Positions 38,806 to 51,485 of a stretch of DNA of 64,000 bases are shown one piece after another. The stretch's first letter is position 1. Each line of letters begins with the position of its first letter. Under the pieces are notes generated by a model, which made no database searches, had not been told where the DNA came from, and was given only the letters and a program-made list of their open reading frames with translations. Position numbers and translations under genes: made by a program. Location: contig CDPCPM010000005.1 in NCBI GenBank assembly GCA_976551045.1, positions 2,728,001 through 2,792,000 of the forward strand. The letters are read 5' to 3'. Source of the DNA: Glaucostegus cemiculus (taxonomy: Eukaryota).

Positions 38806-39877
38806 ATGTTTTCAAAGAGAAAGGAAGCCAACCACTATGACAGCTCTGAACACGTTTCTCATCAAAAATTTGGCACGGGTCCTCTGCTAGTCTTTAAATT
38901 GTTCACTTTTCACATGACGGTGTAAAACACAATTTTTTTTAGAATAAGATTTATTTTTGAAACAAAAAAGGAAAGTCTCCTTTCACGGCTATACTGATCA
39001 GCCAAATCTCTGATTCAATCTCAGACCTTTCACTTAGCTGATCTTAGTTAGTGCAGCAAAAATGCCATTATTAACTTCAACACTACCACATTATGAGATA
39101 GCAACCTGATGACTACTATTCATCTATTGTTGCTGGGCATTAGCATGAATGAACATTATGGAAGACACCAACCATTTGCTTCATTATCCACTTCTACATA
39201 TCAGCAATTGTCAATGTATGGGGAAGAAATGTAGATTGGATTGCCATTATCAATAGTAAACAAACACCTTTCCAGCCAGAGGAGAGCAGAAGCAGAAGCA
39301 GAATCAGAATCAGTTGTGGTTCCCTCCAACCAAACTTCTTCCCAAAACTGCCTGTCACTGCCATTGGGATCAAGGTAGCCATTGGGTCGCCATGTGGAGC
39401 CAAGTGCTACAGATAGAATGGAAGGTAATGTGCACTGGAGGAGAGGGAAGGGGTATTGGGAGAGAAAAAGCATGGAGAAATAAAGAATGCAGGGAACTTG
39501 TGACATATGGAAAAACATATCGAGACATTTATCTGAGTTTTAGCAATGGCTCAGTTAAACAAATCTCCAGGCAAATATGCATAACATTAGTTATTTTTAG
39601 CTGAATCATCAGGGTTCAAAATGCTTCCAAATTTTGAAATGAATAAGCCAGACAACCTTTCACATTGTCTGTTTCCAATTACTGCTTTAGAAGCAATTTT
39701 CCGTTGAACATTTAGAGGTATGGTTTTGACAATTATGTGGATTAAAAAGAGATTATGAATTCTTTAACCTCTCAAAGCGCATCATGATTTTCTATCCAGC
39801 TTTCTAAGATAAACACTGCATCATTTTAAGCCTTCCATAAAAGGGGTAAAACCCCCATCTACAGCCCATTGGATGAC

Positions 39878-40005
39878 GATGAGATGAGATACCATAATTA
39901 GTCACACGTACATCAAAACACACAGTGAAATACATCTTTTGCGTAGAGTGTTGTGGGGGCAGCCCGCAAGTGTCACCAACGCTTCTGGCACCAACGTAGT
40001 GTTGT
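39878..40005 (-). mobile_element. 3' tail fragment of the V-SINE family seen at 32770
   Basis: ttagtcacacgtacatcaaaacacacagtgaaa...gcgtagagtgttgtgggggcagcccgcaagtgtc aligns with 32781-32860. Confidence 0.85.
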
Positions 40006-41466
40006 CCCCAGAAACAGATTAAATAAACAGATAGAAATGTGAAATATTCTTTCCTTTATTTTATCCTTTAAATAATCACCTGCAAACTTGACAAACTTTC
40101 CTTCACAAACTGCGACCATAATCTTTAAAAGGTTCACGGAATTTATCGTACCATTTGCCAAAAATGTCTTGCTATGCTGGCGCTGTAACACAAAAGTAAT
40201 CTTACTGAATTCACAAGTGGTTAACATTCTGTAGCATTTACCCTTTTCAAGAGAGTAATTATCCCGTCCAACAAAGCTAACACCATATTCAAAAGCTCAA
40301 TATCAGCCAGTGTGCTACAATGAAACCTGCCCTTGTGGTCATCCCAATTAGGCAGTCACCTCCAGCAAGTGCTTAGTCCTTTGGAGAAGAGTCTTCTGTG
40401 AACAAGGACTGCCTCTCAAAATAAACAGACATCAGTCCCAAGGGGAAATGGGTGAACCCAGAACTAACATTTCACTGTACCAACAATTTCTAAAATCAAT
40501 ACATTTATGGATTGGTAGCACTTCATATTTTCCTTTCTCCTCTTAGTTTTAAATTCGGCACATCCACTACCCATCTCTGCTGCTGCCATTAAAAATCATA
40601 CACCACTAACTGGCCCGTATCACTGATTGCAGTGCCTGTAGTTCCAGCCACTAATATGGCCTTGGTCAATGTGTCATTTAGAGTGCAAACTATTCTGATT
40701 TATTATATTAATGTATAACTCTGATTGCAGTTCTAGTATGGGTTATAAAGTCTTCTGTTTCCTTACAGCCTCAAGAGTGAGCAAGAGGCAGAGAGACATA
40801 AAGCAAGGACACACCAGCATGCCATTCGAAACAGCTGGTGACTGCATTCCAAGCCTTTTAACATGCTTCCAAACATTTCTCTATTCATTGTGTAAACTCA
40901 GCTCTGCAGTTTACCAAAATGAGCTCTTTTTATTAACTATTGACATAGTGGATGAACAATTTCTTATATGCCACTTATCTGAACGACACAGGCTGGAGAT
41001 AAGTGAGCTTGATGTGTACGGTTTATTCCTATAACAAACATGCCTTCTGCTAAATTCAAACAGAAATGATGATACAGTACAGTGCAAGGATTTAGCCTAA
41101 TGCCAAGAGTTCTCATCATTTCTTTACGTTTAGTTGAACAGGGGAGAGGGAGGAGTGGACGTGGGAAGGAGTATGAATTTTTCCAGCACACAGCTAGAAT
41201 ATTGAATTTTATTTCAGTATTCTGTGCTTTTTATTGTCTCATTTAATAGCTCCAAAGAAGCAACTCACAAAGGATCTCCTGAGTCACTGGGAGAAGCAAC
41301 AATCCCTGACTCCAGAATCTTTCCACCACTTCTTAAAAGCTTATAATGTAATATTGCAACATTAAATGTGCTGATCTGTACTTGCCACAGTTTTGTCAAG
41401 AGGGATTTGGTACTGGCAAAGGCAAGGACTACAAAGGACCCTAGAATGATTAAACCAAGATAAATG

Positions 41467-42140
41467 ATTGGCCTGGATTTTGCAGCTGTAATGATGTCAA
41501 TCTGTCAATGTCAGTCATCATTACACCATGAAACATCTGGAGTAGGTGGAAATCCAAAAGATGCATATCAGTGATTCCCTATTCCTCTACAGGGTGCCTT
41601 CTTTTTGCAGTCTTTTTTCACCATAATCAGCGGAATCAGTGAACTGATGAGAACGGTGGGCACTTACAAACAAATTTTATTGCAAAAATCTCTCAAAAAT
41701 GTTACACGTTGTTGTGCAAGGTATGAATTTTGAATAAGGTACATTGCTGAATTACTGCTCTGGCCCTAAAAAAAACAATTTTCAATGTGTGGTTTGTAAT
41801 TCCCTATTATTTCAATATTTGTGCTTTTTATCAAGTTAACTAATTTTTTCTTTCACTTTTTAACTGATTGTTAAAATATTGTTGCTTCTGCACTAATTTC
41901 ATGTGTACATTTCAATTTTATTTTAAAAAAATGTTTGAAAGCTAGTTTAAAATGGTATTATGGTGTTTTTTTTTACTTCCTAGCATGCTATTAGTAAAAA
42001 TTCTTCAATCTGATTGGCTGTTTGGTCTAATTGCTAGCATCGCTATTCCTCTGTGCCAATGACTTGATAGGAACAGAGGTTAGAAAGGGTGATTAGCAGT
42101 GAGCACTGTTCCCACCAATGACCACAAAATCCAGGTCAAT
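41467..42140. mobile_element. MITE / non-autonomous DNA transposon (PIF-Harbinger-like termini)
   Basis: TIRs ATTGGCCTGGATTTTG (41467-41482) and CAAAATCCAGGTCAAT (42125-42140), 15/16 complementary; AT-rich non-coding interior. Confidence 0.65.
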
Positions 42141-43167
42141 ATTTCTAAATTACATATTAACATGCGTTTTTCTTTAAAGCTACATCCAGTGATGCTGCCT
42201 GATTCTCCTAGGTTCACAGAAACAGCAGCTCTGAGGCACAACACTGCAAATCAATGAAAGCTTCTGAGATTGGATTAAACAGTGAGGTTATTGGGAATTC
42301 AACAGTGAATATCATCCAATCCTATTTATCTGTTCCCACAGATGAATGTTGTTTCATCAAACTGGTCTCAAAGGGCTCTTATTTTGTTGAATTGTGTGGG
42401 TCAATTTGATGAAGGGTGCTTTTATTGGAAAGTGAAACATTCTATTCTCTCTCTTGGGGAGTTTTATTAAAAGACACAAAACATAAAATCTCAGGTGTGC
42501 AATTCATTGCCAACAAGTGTTTAGAAATTCTAATGTGCAATAATCAGGGGGCTGTGAGGAAGTTGCAGCTATTTGGCAATGACCATTTTGCTCTTGAGTC
42601 TATAGCTGTAAATTTCAAGAGCAAGGCCTTGGCACCACTGAACGAGCATTACACTTAATGGCCAATGAAAATGTGCAATCTAGGACCAATGCAGGGTCGG
42701 GGGTGGGCTGCAGGGTGAAGTTGCGTCAGAAATTGTGTCAAACACATGGGCGTGATTCACTCCAGGAAGAGTTTGGACAAGTTTCCGGGCTGACGCAAAA
42801 TAATCAGAAGTGGTCATTATCGCATTTCACCCCACATTTTCATTCACTTGGCACTGAAAAGTGCAGCACTATACTATGCAAGATCCAAGCCACAATATTT
42901 AACTCGGGGAAAGTGCAACGTCGGTGTAAAATATAGACCAGTAAATGAGGCATTACGTGCCCTGTTAATATACAAGTTGCCTGATAACAAGCAATTAGAA
43001 GATAATCATGCAGTAAAGTATCCATTTTCATGTTGATAATAAGGTGGCTCTCTGTTATCTATAAAATTACTAACTTACTCAAACCCTCCAATCAATTGAA
43101 GTTAAGTTCCTCTTATAACTTATTCTGAAAACTCTTCTCAAGCAGACATCTAAATGGAATACTATTT

Positions 43168-43192
43168 TGGGGGGGGGGGGGGGGGGGGGGGA
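43168..43192. repeat. Poly-G tract (others at 8493-8507 and 49326-49341)
   Basis: Read directly. Confidence 0.9.
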
Positions 43193-43589
43193 GCAGGGAA
43201 TTTTTTCACATCTTATTTTCTCAGTGCATCATATTGGGAGTTAATTCTTAACACAGCTTGAGAGACTATAGCAGTGAGAGAAATCATCAGTAAACAAAAA
43301 CTGATGACTCAGCCCTGGGGCATAAGGCTGCTTCTTTGCAAATCTAGCTCCTGAGCAGTGACCAGATATGCAGGGTTAATCAAAGTACCTTAGGTATGGT
43401 TATTAGCATAAAGCCTCATCCATTCGTGCCAACCAGTGTGGCTGAAATATGTTTGTGCTTTGTTCTGGGGAATAAAGGTGTAATTTCTTACAGATGAGTG
43501 GAGTTTGTGGCATGAAATAAATCTTGTTCGTGCTCCTGTATACCTTTCCTTTCCATTCCTCACTCAAGATTCAGTTAAGGATTCATTAG

Positions 43590-44010
43590 AATAACTTGAA
43601 TTACCATCTCTCACTGACCTGCATTAACTCTTGGGTTGATTTTAAAATTGTCCTCTTTGTGTTCCAAAACCCTCCCAAGCCTTGCCCCTTTCCATCTCCA
43701 TATCTCTCCTGCAACCAAGATGCTCCAAGATACCCTTCACTTCTGGACCCTTGCACATCCCTAATTTGAACCGTTCCACCTTTGGTGGCCATGTCATCAG
43801 CTGCCAGGGCACAAATTTCTGGAATTCTCGTTCCAAGCTTCCCTTTCTCTCTTCCCTTGAAATAATTCTCAAAAACCAGCTATCTGAACAAACTTTTGCT
43901 CATCTGTATTAATATCTCCTTATTTGGTTCAAATTTTGTTTGATTACATTCCAGCCAAGGGCCTTAGGAACTTTTACCTCATCAAGGAAGTAACAATGCT
44001 TGCTGCTACT
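43590..44010 (+). mobile_element. L2-like LINE 3' end
   Basis: ctgacctgcattaactc...gattttaaaattgtcc...tggtggccatgtcatcagctgccagggcacaaatttctggaattctc (remnant of a 'F...GP.LWNSL' L2 C-terminus). Confidence 0.65.
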
Positions 44011-46549
44011 TCAACTGCTCACGTTCCTGTAAGATGAAGCTTGGGATAAGCCAAGACCCCGTTGAACGGTGGAGCGTTTATGACGTACTCCTGCTTCTAG
44101 TTCTTATACTCTAAAGCTACTGTGGAGTTTGCCTTTGATTATTTTAATCTATCACATGAATTAAAAGTACCCACTGATGTGCTTGGGAATTCCACCATTC
44201 CACAGCCCAGTGTTTGCTCTGTGGACATTGTTATTGCTCAAGTATAGTCATTTGAGATGTTGCATCATCTTTCCGCCGTTTATCCAGTAGACTTAAGGAC
44301 CTTGATGAAAATACACACAATGTTATAAAGGCAGGCAACAGGAAGCTTTTACTTGGGGAAATTGCATCTGGGACTCTCAGCAGCAAACAATGAGCTGGAA
44401 AGATAACGATGCAGTGGAAATGGTTTGTACCATGCTTTCCCAGTTTCCTGCAGAAGTTGACTTGCGAGCATGTGTGCTGCAATGATATGGGCCACTGCTG
44501 TTGTTTTGCTTTTATTTACTTGGATCTATTTGTTCCTGTGAAAAAGAGCCCTTGGAGACAAAGAGCAGGGATAGCTAAGCGAAGATTTGACATTGCTTAA
44601 TGCCAGACCCCATTTATTCAGCACTTATCGGCCATTTCCATCAATGGAGCCCTGCCTATTTTTCAGCTTTATGAGCCGCTGCAAAGATCAAATTACCTGT
44701 TAAAATGTGTGCATTTCTTCATCAAGGCAACACAGCTTAGCAACAGAAACTTACTAAAATGCACATTCCACCATCTTGCACACACTGCATTAGCACCACC
44801 TTTTGTGCTAACCTCTCCCCAGCAGCATTTGATATTGCTCACCTTACAACAGTTTAATTCCTCCAAGACAAACTTGGGAATTTCTTGTGTCAGGCATTTT
44901 GAACCTCACTCCCTGGAAATCTGCGAGGGTCAGGTTATCTCTCTGCTAAAAAAAAACCCTCAATGGGTATCCATGTCAAAAGAAGCCTCTTCAGCTCTGC
45001 CTTTGTTTGGCCAGGGTCACCCAGAGGTCAAGCTCTTTGGCAGTTGTGAACACAATGCTTTCACCCACCCTCCAAATCCTACAACAAGGCTCACTCTATC
45101 TGCAGTGTCCACACTGGGAGTTTTTCTCAGCTTAACAAGAGCAAACACTCCCTGCCCTGTGAAGTGGTCTCAGTTACAAATAAAAAGCTCAAACACACTT
45201 TAGCTGCATCTGTAGGACTAAATTCCCCCAAATATGGAACTGCTCTGTCAGTTGCTTGGGTTAATCAGGAATTTGTTGGAATTTCATTTTACCGGAGAGA
45301 AAGTGTTTTAGAACCTGAACATAGTGGGTTTAAAAACAATGCAAATGAATCAGATCATTTTCTGGCCAAACTCTGAATTAAACCTGTACTTAAACCTGTT
45401 TGATAAGCTAATGCTTATACAGCATGACTAATAGCAATACAGCTTCCAATGTTCTTTAAATGTGCAGGAACTAAACAAAAGCAGTAGGATATATTCCATG
45501 CAATAGTTTCAACAGATATTCTGTTTTATGAAGACTCTACCCTTATATCCCAGAAACTGTAATAGTAGTATAATTCACAGGGTTCTGCACAATACAGTAT
45601 TATCACTGGCATGGCATATGGAACCTAGCAATAGTCAGTTTATCTTCATCCTCTTTCCAAGCTAAAATTAGCACAACACTGTCACATTAAACACAATACA
45701 GTTCATTCTGATATTCTGTATCCCGATATTACAAGTAATGACGATGAGCCATTCTTCAAACACTATTTCTATAATTACTCTGCTACTAAAAAGAGAAAAA
45801 ATGAGCAATTAAACTCATGACCAGGTTAGTTATCACAATCACTGCCACTAAACAACTTTTGAAAGAACCAAGAATTATCTGCCGTGATATCTTTTCATCC
45901 ATTAAATGATTTCATAAAATCTAAAGAGGCTGGCAAGCATCCCGATGAATCGCTTACGCCATAAATGAAGAGATCTGCAGCAGGACAAATTTTTTGTTCA
46001 AAAAGCCCAGACTATAACTGGCTTGCTCCCATATAGGATCTGAAAGCCACAAATGATAATACAGAGCATTTGAATGAAGATCAAATAGAAACAATTCATT
46101 CCATTGATGGATATCCACCTAATCTCCTAATCAAACATTAAAAACAAACCCAATAGGATTAGTTGTACGAAATATAGAGATAGGGACTAAGAAGAGTTAG
46201 ATTATCCAGCACATCCATCACTTCACCACTGACAACTTCCCTTCTCTTACTATGCTAACCTTGCTACCCCAATCAGCTAGAGATACAGCAACTCAATATT
46301 CTATCAGATCTTGCTGGAAATTTGGCTAACATGTATCTGATGGCATCTCTCAACACCCTCATTTGTCTTTGTGGCTGTTGACTAGTTCTCATTCAATCGT
46401 CACTCACTGCTTTATCACAAAGCACACTCCATCTTGACAAGCAGAAAGATGAGTTTGGGTGATTTCTGCCAACACCAAAAAAGTGGAATAAGATGTGTGC
46501 TCAGTGTGCTTGGTCATGTAGATAATTCAAAAGAAACTTAATTTAGTTT

Positions 46550-46920
46550 ATATACCAGCTGTGGCTGTGACTCTTCTCTCCCAAGTCGGAAGGCTGTGGT
46601 TCAAATCTCACGCCAGTAACTTCAGCACAAAAGTCTCAGTGCTTCTCCAGCGCCTTATCGAGGGAGTGCTACACTGTCACATGTGGCATCTTTCTAATGA
46701 AGTGTTCAACTGACAGGTGCTTTCTGAGATATCCTGGCCAATAGTAATTCCTCAGTCCTGAAGTATCATTTAAACAGATTACTTGGGCATTATCACATTG
46801 TCATTTGTGAGCTTGTTGGGTGTAAACTGACTGCTCCTAAACTACAACAGTAGTTGCACTGCCTAAGTACTTAATGAGCTGTAAGACACTTTGGGATGTC
46901 CTGATGTCTTCTCTTATTCT
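46550..46920 (+). mobile_element. SacSINE1-like DeuSINE
   Basis: B-box-like ggttcaaatc; gagggagtgctacactgtc; tcctggccaata; aacagattacttgggcattatcacattg; tail ctgtaagacactttgggatgtcctg. Confidence 0.75.
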
Positions 46921-49429
46921 CATGTAAGATAAACAACAGAAAATTCAAGTCTCGGTTTTCCATTCCCAAGGGGTTATAAGTGTGGTGGAAAGAAAATTCA
47001 GCTTGTTGTGGTGAATGCCTCAGTGAACTGAGAAACCTGAATAGTTTTGGTGATTTCCTGGCACAATCCCAGACTTTGATAGGCAGTCTGTACTGTGGCG
47101 GTGAGTAGAGGGCCAAAAGAGAAAATGCCAGGGATGCTGCTGGAGTTAGGTACTTATGATAGCTTAAGTTACTCCCTTGAGAATAAAGTCCAACCATCCC
47201 AAAACTTTCTGCAAATTCTGGTAATGTACCAGAGTGCATCGTGCACACCGTAACAGATTGAACTCTGCGGGGCAATTTAAGATTTGAAATGCGCTCCAAT
47301 GGTTTTAGTAAAGTTGGAATCAGTAAGATACTGACATAACTGGCGCTGCTGATGGAAAACATGATAAAGGACATCACTTTGTTCCCAATTTAAATGCTTT
47401 CTCCTCCCTTCCTTTAGAGAACTTCCCTTCTCTTCTTCAAACAGTGCAAAGGGACCTTTTCTACCCCTCTGAGAAGGAAAGCAGGGCTACAGTTTAACTC
47501 TGCCTTTGACAGTGCAGCGCTTTCTTCAACGTCAGCCCCAGAGTATTGGCTAAACCAGGTGTTAATGACTTTGGCCTTGCAGGAACTAGCCCTGCAAATA
47601 ACCTTCTTCCAATTCATAGGCACCAAGATACAGGTAAATTAAGGACAATAGCAAGGTGTGCAATAGCACACAATAAAACTTTTAAAAGCACCATTCACTG
47701 AAACATTTATGGTTTAAATACTCATTATTATAAAATAACAACACGCAAAGAATGAAGAATGGTTTCCTCTGTGTGCCAGGTTTAGCAAAATCCTGAATGA
47801 TTTTATAACTTCAGTGCATAGAAACCCTCTCCCAATATTTTTTGAGTTATTATTCTATGTAATAAACTAAGCAAAGTATAAGTTGATCTGGGAACTATGT
47901 TTTCTTAGCTCTATTTTTATGACCATAGCTATAGGTTTTTGGCTGCATTGTGTCATAGGTTACCGGCCTTTCCATTTTTCTTTTGTTGAGTAACTTTGTT
48001 TGAAACAATAAAGCTTATGGGGCTGTTTCATTGCTGATCAGTCAGGGTCATACGTCCAACTGTCAAAACCTTTCCTCTGTCTCCCTCTCCAAGTGACTAA
48101 AATAACAATTTCTTTTGGAGGATGCATGACTGTCATTAATTTAACATGTGAATCATACACTCACCAGACACATGTGCACCCAAGCCTCTTTCTCTGTTCA
48201 TTAGAGATGCTATCTTCAAAAATGTCCTTTCTTTTTAACTCTGAAATCTGGAACTCTAACTACATTTCATAAACTATTTGTTCTAACCATACGCTTTGTT
48301 CATTTTACTCAACAAGAAAGAGACTAAATAGATATCTTTTGGAAAAAAGTCATCACTTCTGCACACTGCCAGAACGGACCCAAACTCATGTCTAACACAT
48401 CTGTTCTCTAAAGCTTTGAAACTGCCTGCAGTAATTTCAGATAAAAACATTTAAGCTTTAATAAGCTTGTTTGAAATTCTCTCATAGTTTAAAGAGGAAC
48501 TTAAGCTGAACTGAGCATCAAGTACTACAAACAAAAATCTGGAATTCTCTCTCCAAAGAAATTATTGAGGCTGGAACTCAGCAGAAAACTTCAATACTTA
48601 ATTTGGATAGATTTCCAGTAGAATTAGGTACATGGCAGAACTAGCTACGGGGCTGAATGGCTTCCTTATCTTCCTCTGTATAAGGCTTGAGGGTTGAATA
48701 ACCTATCTGATTCTCATTTAACAGGCTCAAGCAAGCTGAAGTCCTTCCTTAAGTCCCTTTCAGTATTCCTTGCATGCATTGTAAATGGTTAAATATTTTT
48801 GTTTTAAATCTTACCACGCTCTTCCTTGCAAATTAGTAGTTTGTGCAAAATTTTGAGCTGGCAGAGTTTAAAGGTTGCAGGGTTTCTTTGCATCAGAATG
48901 TCTGCAATATCTTTGAAAATGAAGCTGTAAGACAGTGCCATTGGCCTATGTCTGATCTTTCCCACAGCTCAGGTGGATGTTGACATTAGTGCTTCAGCAC
49001 AGGACCAGTTCCCAGAGCAAACAAGCATTTTTTTTCCTCCCTGGGAATTAGAGCTTTTTCCCTGGGGTAGGCAGCGTTTCAACTGTTATCAACTGAACAG
49101 CAATAAAGCCATCAACTCCAACAACTTGTGAAAACAAGTCAAGGTCAATAAGTACTTGCATTTTCATTTATCTTTGGGTGCATTTGCTACTGATATTCAA
49201 TTAGGTAATAAACAGTACGGTTCGCAACAAACAAGTAATTCAAAAGCTATCACAGGGAAGGAGGCAATTTCCAGGTAATCAAACAATTCTGTTGTAACAG
49301 TTATAATTTGACAGCATGCATTTATGGGGGGGGGGGGGGGGTAGAATGGAATCACCTGTCAATCTTTGCCATCAGTTTCCAAACCATTCTCATCAGTGCT
49401 TTGTGAGAAAGTCAGAATTAACAGTGTCC

Positions 49430-50150
49430 TAACTCACATCCAATCCCATTTACCCATCACTAGCACTTGCTATATTGGTTTCCAATTAAATAATGGTTCA
49501 AGTTTAAAACTCGTCCTCATTTTCAAATCCTTCCATTGACTCATCCCTTCTTCAGTCTACAACCTTGCAAAGTATCAGTATTCATCCAGTTCTGGACTCC
49601 CAGTCACCTCCAAATGTCTTCTTTATGGGCAGCTCCTCGGAGTTGAGGATCATTTACTTATGAGGTGATTACTGAGGCCAAAGTGGGAACTGCTGACTAT
49701 TCCACAGATGGGGAGGGAGGTGCCTATTGGAGGGTGGGTGGGTAGTTAGAGAGGTGTTGCAAGGACTTAAAGTCCTCCGTACCATCTCAAATGTTCCTTC
49801 TTCACTTTGAGCAGTCATGGGCCAGGAATTCCCGAGAGTCAAAGGGAACATTGCAATTTTTCAAGGAGATTTTAAGCCTCCTTGAACTTATTTTCTCCCT
49901 CTGCCTGGTAATCTCTTCTGGAAGCAGAATTCAGAGTATAATCATACCACCACTGGGGAACCTGTATTCAACAGCCAAGTATGGCTCCCTCAATCTCTCT
50001 GTCCCTTTTCCTGTCTTAAGACACTCTTTAAAACTTACTTCTCTGACCAGGTTTTTGCTCATCAGCCATAATGTGTGACTCAGATTTTGTTTGAGAACAC
50101 TCCAGTGAAACAGCAGGGGATGCTTTGCTAGGCTGAATATACAATATGAG
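49430..50150 (+). mobile_element. L2-like 3' end interrupted by an RTE fragment
   Basis: L2-like motifs at 49430-49615 and 49940-50150 flank the RTE insert. Confidence 0.55.
49620..49925 (-). mobile_element. RTE-clade LINE 3' fragment
   Basis: Minus-strand remnant 'KRLPGR...LKISLKNCNVPFDSREFLAHDCSK*RRNI' resembles the RTE C-terminal 'KRYKDTLKASLK...WE.LA.DR..WR' motif. Confidence 0.65.
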
Positions 50151-50689
50151 CACATTTTCTTCAGTCAACACCAGGCATTTTTTTCAAAAACTCCTTTGCA
50201 ATTTTTGAATTTAGAGTTGTTGGATTTAATTAGGTGCCACTAAATAACCTGCAGCTGAGAATAAACCTGAAGATAGTTTCAATGTATGTAAATATCTGCA
50301 TACTGCTGAAACAAACTGCTTCAGAGCATGCAAATAATGATTCTGCAGGGATTCTAAGCCATAGGTTGTGTTCTTGCTTAAATAAAAGGCTTCATTTTTG
50401 TTATTAGTAAATTGAGAAGAGAAAACTAGTGTTTTTATATAAACTGGAGCCCAATCATTTTTGTTAATAGGCACCCTGCTTAAGTTTGTAAATGTGAATT
50501 TCCACCAGGGTCTTGTTTGGAAGTCATAAACACTTCTTATTTCACCTCAAAATTTGGGAGTCATTTGCAAGGCTATCCCTAATTACCCTTGAGAAAGTCA
50601 TGCCAATCTGCTTTCTTGAACCACAGCAAATATTTGGGTGAAAGTACTCCCACAGAATAGTTAGGCAGGGAGACTAATAGTGAAGGATC

Positions 50690-51485
50690 AGCAATAGAAT
50701 GAGAAATAAGTAAAAGAAATGGATGGATGGAATCAATTCCCAAAGTGTCCAGACAGTGGTTAGAATAGGTATATAATCTTCACTTAAAAGTATCCCACAG
50801 AGCCCTCATATAGAATATGGCAATAATTCTGCCAAAAGAATGTTGGAGTACTGTTCACTGTCGTGGTTTCCATATTACAAAAATAATATAGAAACACCAT
50901 GAAAAATGCAGAAAATAGTTGGAGTTGTCAAGAAATTCATCCCAGGTCAGCAGCACTACAGAGGCAGAGTGTAACATGCTGACACTTCCACATTGTACGC
51001 CTTGGGTTGCTGACCTAGGGTGAATATCTGAGAACTAATGATGCTGCCGGAATGGTGAAGATGCTACAGTCAGGAAAGACTGAGCAAGCTAAGGCCCTAA
51101 GAAAAAAACAGAACTAGGATAGCAGACGATAAAACTTTGTAAGAGATTTTAATAATGATGTCAGAGAGGAGAGAGCATAATTGTCTTGTAGGAGTCCAAG
51201 ATAAGGGAGCTTCAGTATAAAATTGCTGCTAAATGATTACATTAAGAATTTGTGAGATATTTTCTGTACACACACACACACACACACACACAGTGTGAGA
51301 ATGAGGAGCCCATTGCCTCAGGGACGAGAAAGAGACTATGTGTTTAAGAGGAGACGTGATGCATTTGTGAGGGAGGAGGAAATAAAGGGAAGATGCGATT
51401 CGAGTGGGAGGATTCTGAAGCGGAATATATAAGCCAGCACAACCAGGTTGGGATGAACGGCCTGCTTTCTGTCCTGTAGAGTCTG
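50690..51485 (+). mobile_element. Highly degraded CR1 3' region containing a hairpin MITE and a (CA)n tract
   Basis: Remnant 'LEYC...FPYYK' pattern and tail ttgggatgaacggcctgctttctgtcctgta; (CA)n at 51268-51292. Confidence 0.55.
50931..51029. mobile_element. ~100-bp hairpin MITE
   Basis: Arms 50931-50954 and 51006-51029 are 20/24 complementary; the left arm matches 32226-32253 at 25/28. Confidence 0.7.

Noticed and set aside
43168-43192. Functional G-quadruplex at the poly-G runs
   Set aside because: Simple homopolymers are common and their length is error-prone in assemblies; no supporting context.
44709-45203. 164-aa ORF
   Set aside because: No recognisable domain, non-ATG start, antisense to meis1 within an intron; consistent with chance.
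46871-47377. 168-aa minus-strand ORF
   Set aside because: No recognisable homology; it runs into a SINE tail and MITE-like sequence, and is not part of the Meis1 reading frame.
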